From NCBI GenBank assembly GCA_035623825.1, contig DASPSR010000046.1, positions 1 to 15,685 on the forward strand: a stretch of 15,685 nucleotides of DNA, given 5' to 3'. Below are positions 12,261-15,685 of the stretch, piece after piece (position 1 is the first letter of the stretch; each line of letters starts with the position of its first letter). Made by a program: the position numbers and the translations under genes. Origin of the DNA: Nitrospirota bacterium (GTDB lineage Bacteria; Nitrospirota; UBA9217). The notes beneath the pieces are model-generated. The model searched no databases and was not told the origin of the DNA. It was given only the letters and a program-made list of their open reading frames with translations.

Positions 12261-12773
12261 TTAACCCTTCTCTGCCTTGGCCTTCATGACCCTGGCGATT
12301 TGGCCCCCCGGTGCTGCGAGCACGCCAACCATCCTTGATGCTGGCGCCTGAAGCAGACCGATGATCTTTCCGCGAAGCGAGTTGAGCGATGGCAGGCTTG
12401 CCAGCGCTTTGATATCCTCTAATTTCAGCAGCTTGCCATCGAGCACGCCAACTTTGAGCTGAAGCTTTTCCTGCGTCTTGTTGAAATCATAGAGCACTTT
12501 TGCGGGAGCGATCGGATCGTCATACCCGAGCGCAAGGCCTATGGGGCCAACGAAGTAGTCCTTGAGCGGCTCGAGGCTTGTACCTTCCGCCGCCTTGCGC
12601 GCCAGCGTGTTCTTCACCACGCGATATTCAATCTGCGCCTTACGCAACTTAGAGCGAAGTTCGGTGATCTGCTCGACATTGATCCCGGAATAGCCGGTAA
12701 TCACCGCGGCTTTTGCTCGGGCAAACTTTTCGTGGAGTATATCGATTGCCTCTTTTTTCTCTTCTTTATTCAA
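12261..12773 (-). CDS. rplJ: 50S ribosomal protein L10 (start re-assigned to TTG at 12773, 170 aa)
   Basis: LRSKLR...YRVVKNTLARKA and LASLPS motifs. The ORF track start (12794) would include the strong SD AAAGGAGG (about 12780-12787). The TTG at 12773 is at normal SD spacing and gives the typical start MNKEEKKE. Confidence 0.97.
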   Translation of the reverse strand: MNKEEKKEAIDILHEKFARAKAAVITGYSGINVEQITELRSKLRKAQIEYRVVKNTLARKAAEGTSLEPLKDYFVGPIGLALGYDDPIAPAKVLYDFNKTQEKLQLKVGVLDGKLLKLEDIKALASLPSLNSLRGKIIGLLQAPASRMVGVLAAPGGQIARVMKAKAEKG

Positions 12774-12860
12774 CGCTGCCCTCCTTTCCTTCAAGAATTC
12801 CCGATGACCTTCCCGGGAATCTCGAAAGAAAGCAGCGCTTAAACGCCATTCTCTTTCTCT

Positions 12861-12944
12861 GACCCGGGTCTCGGCAGGCCCCGACGTGGGATTAAACCAG
12901 GGGAATCGAAATATCTCATCCCCTTGTGCCTGCTGTCTCGGACC
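12861..12944 (-). promoter_or_regulatory. L10 leader (L10-(L12)n autogenous control RNA)
   Basis: mRNA reads GGUCCGAGACAGCAGGC...UUUAA...GCCUGCCGAGACC, which matches the L10-leader hallmark (AGACAGCAGG ... UUAA ... CCUGCCGAG). GCAGGC pairs with GCCUGC, and there is an internal AGGGGA/UCCCCU stem. Located in the rplA-rplJ spacer. Confidence 0.88.
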
Positions 12945-12989
12945 GCACCCCCGCTTCTTCAGGGGTCGACCTTTGGAATTTAGTACGTG

Positions 12990-13691
12990 TTATCCCGCAA
13001 GCTTTTCAATTAGGGCGGTGTCCATCTTTATACCGGGGCCCATGGTGGTTGAGACTGCGGCGCTCTTGAGGTACTTGCCCTTGCTCGATGCGGGCTTTGC
13101 CTTCAATATTGACTCCAGCACCACCTTGGCGTTATCCACGAGCTTGTTCTCGTCAAATGACGCCTTGCCTACCGGCACATGCACGATGCCCGCTTTTTCA
13201 ACGCGATATTCGACTTTACCCGCCCTGATGTCTTTTACCGCCTTGGTGATATCAAACGTCACTGTCCCGGTCTTGGGGTTCGGCATCAAACCCCGAGGAC
13301 CCAGCACCTTGCCAAGCTTACCCACAATGCCCATCATGTCCGGTGTTGCGACAACCGTATCGAAATCTGTCCAACCTTCCTTCTGGATCTTGTCGGCCAA
13401 GTCCTCTGCACCGACATATTCCGCTCCCGCATCCCTCGCTTCTTTTTCCTTTTCTCCCTTGGCAAAGACCAGGATCCTCACCTTTTTCCCGGTACCGTGC
13501 GGCAGGACCACTGTACCCCTCACCATCTGGTCTGCCTGCTTAGGATCCACGCCGAGACGGACCGCCAAATCAACGGTCTCATCGAACTTGGCACGCGCCG
13601 TTTTCTTTGCGAGACCGATAGCATCCTCGAGGCCGTACTGCTTCCCCCTGTCCACTAGTGCCGCAGCTGCCTTATACTTCTTCCCTGCCAT
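12990..13691 (-). CDS. rplA: 50S ribosomal protein L1
   Basis: 233 aa. [32 protein letters not shown] and STTMGPG motifs. AAGGAGG SD. Confidence 0.99.
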   Translation of the reverse strand: MAGKKYKAAAALVDRGKQYGLEDAIGLAKKTARAKFDETVDLAVRLGVDPKQADQMVRGTVVLPHGTGKKVRILVFAKGEKEKEARDAGAEYVGAEDLADKIQKEGWTDFDTVVATPDMMGIVGKLGKVLGPRGLMPNPKTGTVTFDITKAVKDIRAGKVEYRVEKAGIVHVPVGKASFDENKLVDNAKVVLESILKAKPASSKGKYLKSAAVSTTMGPGIKMDTALIEKLAG

Positions 13692-13702
13692 TGTTCCTCC
13701 TT

Positions 13703-13733
13703 GCGGTGTTAACGGCTGTTGTCAGCCTCCCGC
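13703..13733 (-). promoter_or_regulatory. Ribosomal protein L1-binding regulatory site directly upstream of the rplA SD
   Basis: mRNA reads GCGG-GA-GGCUG-ACAA-CAGCC-GUUAACA-CCGC. Two stems flank an asymmetric internal loop, with GGGAG on the 5' side and UAA on the 3' side, as in L1 sites that mimic 23S rRNA. It abuts AAGGAGG. Confidence 0.78.
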
Positions 13734-13812
13734 CACAAAAAGCAATTTTCGATGCGCGAATCCCAAGGCTTTCATTACTTGGAGTTTTGCGCCCAGACTT
13801 CCTGATTTACCG

Positions 13813-14238
13813 TTAGTCCACTATTTCCAGCCCCATGCTCTTCGCCGAGCCTTCAATCATGCGCATGGCTGATTCAACGTTTGCAGCATTGAGGTCCGGC
13901 AGCTTCGTCTGCGCGATCTCCTTGATTTGGGCACGGGTCACTTTGCCGACCTTATCCTTGTTCGGCACGCCGGAGCCCTTGATGATTCCTGCGGCTTTTT
14001 TCAGAAGCTCCGCAGCCGGCGGGGTCTTGGTGATAAAGGTGAACGACCGGTCAGAGTAGACCGAGATGATGACAGGAACGATCGTCTCGCCCATCTTCTG
14101 AGTCTTTGCGTTAAACGCCTTGCAGAACTCCATGATGTTCACGCCGTGCTGACCGAGCGCAGGACCGACCGGCGGAGCAGGGTTCGCCTTTCCTGCCGGT
14201 ACCTGAAGCTTTATTTTTGCCGTAATCTCTTTTGCCAT
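13813..14238 (-). CDS. rplK: 50S ribosomal protein L11
   Basis: 141 aa. [31 protein letters not shown] motif. AGGAG SD. Confidence 0.99.
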   Translation of the reverse strand: MAKEITAKIKLQVPAGKANPAPPVGPALGQHGVNIMEFCKAFNAKTQKMGETIVPVIISVYSDRSFTFITKTPPAAELLKKAAGIIKGSGVPNKDKVGKVTRAQIKEIAQTKLPDLNAANVESAMRMIEGSAKSMGLEIVD

Positions 14239-14303
14239 CTATAAACTCCTGTGCGTCTTTTTAAAGTTGTCATAAAACGCTTATACTGAATCCTGGTTCT
14301 TTC

Positions 14304-14849
14304 TTATTTCGAATCCTTTTCCCGTTCAACCTGCAGAAACTCAAGTTCCACAGGTGTCGAGCGTCCGAAGATGCTCACCATCACTCTGAGCCTGCCCTGC
14401 GTGGGGCTGACATCTTCTACGGTGCCGATAAAACTGCTGAAAGGACCATCGATAACCCTGACACGGTCCCCCTTCTGATATGCCTGCTTGGGCTGGGCCT
14501 GCGCAACCGCTCCCTCTTCAGCCTGCTTGATGATGTTCTTGACCTCCTCTTCGCTGAGCGGGGTCGGATTCGTACTGCCGCCGACAAACCCCGTCACCTT
14601 GGGGGTATCTTTCACAATATGCCACGTGTTATCGTCCATCTCCATTTCGACGAGTATATATCCGGGGAAAAACTTCCGCTGTGATTTGCGTTTTTTCCCC
14701 CCTTTGATCGACAAGACTTCTTCGGTCGGGACAAGGATCTGGCCGATCCTTTCCTGTAGCCCCAGCTTGGAAACCGTCTCCATAATGCTGGTTTTCACCT
14801 TATTTTCAAATCCTGCATACGTATGGACAACATACCAGTTCATTGACAT
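14304..14849 (-). CDS. nusG: Transcription termination/antitermination factor NusG
   Basis: 181 aa. NGN domain ([33 protein letters not shown]) and KOW domain ([25 protein letters not shown]). An alternative ATG lies at 14843. Confidence 0.99.
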   Translation of the reverse strand: MSMNWYVVHTYAGFENKVKTSIMETVSKLGLQERIGQILVPTEEVLSIKGGKKRKSQRKFFPGYILVEMEMDDNTWHIVKDTPKVTGFVGGSTNPTPLSEEEVKNIIKQAEEGAVAQAQPKQAYQKGDRVRVIDGPFSSFIGTVEDVSPTQGRLRVMVSIFGRSTPVELEFLQVEREKDSK

Positions 14850-14855
14850 ATATAT

Positions 14856-15041
14856 CTACCTAAAGGCGAGGGTCATCAATCTCCCTAACCCCGTATCTAC
14901 CAGGCCTAGAAAAATGGCGGCGATGAGCACTGTGACGATCACCACCCACGTAGAACCTATGACCTCCTTCTTTGTCGGGAACACAACCTTCTTGAGCTCG
15001 AGCTTCACGTCTGTAAAAAAATCCATCATCTTTTTGAACAT
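14856..15041 (-). CDS. secE: Preprotein translocase subunit SecE (single-TM type, 61 aa)
   Basis: ELKKVVFPTKKE motif followed by one hydrophobic helix. The start is best placed at ATG 15041, which has an AGAGG SD at 15050-15054, rather than 15062. Lies between tRNA-Trp and nusG. Confidence 0.96.
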   Translation of the reverse strand: MFKKMMDFFTDVKLELKKVVFPTKKEVIGSTWVVIVTVLIAAIFLGLVDTGLGRLMTLAFR

Positions 15042-15071
15042 ACTACGGTCCTCTTTATGCACAGGGTTAAA

Positions 15072-15147
15072 TGGCAGGCCAGGAGGGACTCGAACCCCCA
15101 GCAGCCGGATTTGGAGTCCGGAGCTCTACCATTAGAGCTACTGGCCT
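15072..15147 (-). tRNA. tRNA-Trp (anticodon CCA)
   Basis: 76 nt: AGGCCAG TA GCTC TAATGGTA GAGC T CCGGA CT-CCA-AA TCCGG CTGCT GGGGG TTCGAGT CCCTC CTGGCCT G CCA. Full cloverleaf, G73 discriminator, encoded CCA end and the canonical rpmG-trnW-secE position. Confidence 0.98.
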
Positions 15148-15182
15148 GTGTCCGACTCCGCAGCGTCCTTCGTGTTATCGGG

Positions 15183-15335
15183 TCACGCTTTCGTTTCCTT
15201 GTGCACCGTGTGTTTCCGGCAAAACCGGCAATATTTCTCCAAGCTCAGCTTTTCAGGAGTGTTTCTCTTGTTCTTGGTCGTCGAATAATTTTTGCGCTTG
15301 CATTCGCCGCAGGCAAGTAAGATAATTTCCCGCAT
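15183..15335 (-). CDS. rpmG: 50S ribosomal protein L33 (zinc-binding C+ type, 50 aa)
   Basis: Absent from the ORF track, which lists nothing under 60 aa. Manual translation gives [50 protein letters not shown], with two CxxC motifs. GAGAGG SD upstream. Confidence 0.97.
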   Translation of the reverse strand: MREIILLACGECKRKNYSTTKNKRNTPEKLSLEKYCRFCRKHTVHKETKA

Positions 15336-15383
15336 CAGTTATAGCCTCTCTCAACTTAAATTCTGATTTTCGGTTTGTTGACA

Positions 15384-15409
15384 GCGGACCACGGGATTCC
15401 GCGATCCGC
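15384..15409 (-). repeat. 11 bp hairpin just downstream of the tuf stop
   Basis: mRNA reads GCGGAUCGCGG-AAUC-CCGUGGUCCGC. It pairs fully only on the sense strand (two G-U pairs). No U tract follows. Confidence 0.65.
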
Positions 15410-15420
15410 AAAAGCTCTTT

Positions 15421-15685
15421 TTACTCGATAACTTCGGTGATGACTCCGGCGCCCACGGTCCTGCCGCCCTCGCGGATCGCGAACCGCAACTCCTTGTCCA
15501 TCGCGATCGGGGTGATCAGCTCCACCGTGCAGCCCATGTTGTCGCCCGGCATCACCATCTCCACTCCCTCGGCAAGCTTCACCACCCCCGTCACGTCCGT
15601 CGTCCGGAAGTAGAACTGGGGACGGTAGCCGTTGAAGAACGGCGTATGGCGGCCACCCTCTTCCTTTGTCAGAATGTACGCCTCG
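15421..15685 (-). CDS. tuf: Elongation factor Tu, C-terminal part (enters from the window edge); copy upstream of rpmG-secE
   Basis: Manual translation gives [33 protein letters not shown]...MVMPGDN...[22 protein letters not shown], with TAA at 15421-15423. This is EF-Tu domain III. Confidence 0.98.
   Translation of the reverse strand, partial: EAYILTKEEGGRHTPFFNGYRPQFYFRTTDVTGVVKLAEGVEMVMPGDNMGCTVELITPIAMDKELRFAIREGGRTVGAGVITEVIE

Noticed and set aside
12886-13872. 328 aa plus-strand ORF spanning rplA and both flanking spacers
   Set aside because: Antisense to rplA, Ser/Pro/Thr-rich with no domain, and its ends run through RNA leader structures that explain the sequence better.
15042-15182. 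Integrated element or att site at tRNA-Trp
   Set aside because: secE follows within 30 nt, I saw no duplicated tRNA 3' end, and there is no integrase in the window.
14488-15325. Plus-strand ORFs over nusG, secE, tRNA-Trp and rpmG
   Set aside because: They are antisense read-throughs of identified genes and the tRNA (for example WQARRDSNPQ is a translated tRNA reverse complement).

Overview
A conserved bacterial housekeeping supercluster, all on the minus strand and read from right to left: tuf (3' part) - rpmG - tRNA-Trp(CCA) - secE - nusG - rplK - rplA - rplJ - rplL - rpoB - rpoC - rpsL - rpsG - fusA - tuf (5' part). Both window ends fall inside same-orientation tuf copies, as expected for a contig broken at a collapsed repeat. 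The genes look intact, and I see no mobile element, CRISPR, intein, intron or accessory gene. I found no support for a new multi-gene system here. The points worth a second look are mostly cis-regulatory. They are a perfect-consensus sigma70 promoter before rpsL, an L1-binding site before rplA, an L10 leader followed by a two-state hairpin around the rplJ ribosome-binding site, and a terminator/attenuator between rplL and rpoB. On the protein side, L10 has a three-segment tail, the L10/L12 interface looks alphaproteobacterial and RNA polymerase has a distinctive pattern of insertions. My impression from the sequences, not a search result, is a Nitrospirota- or deltaproteobacteria-like host.
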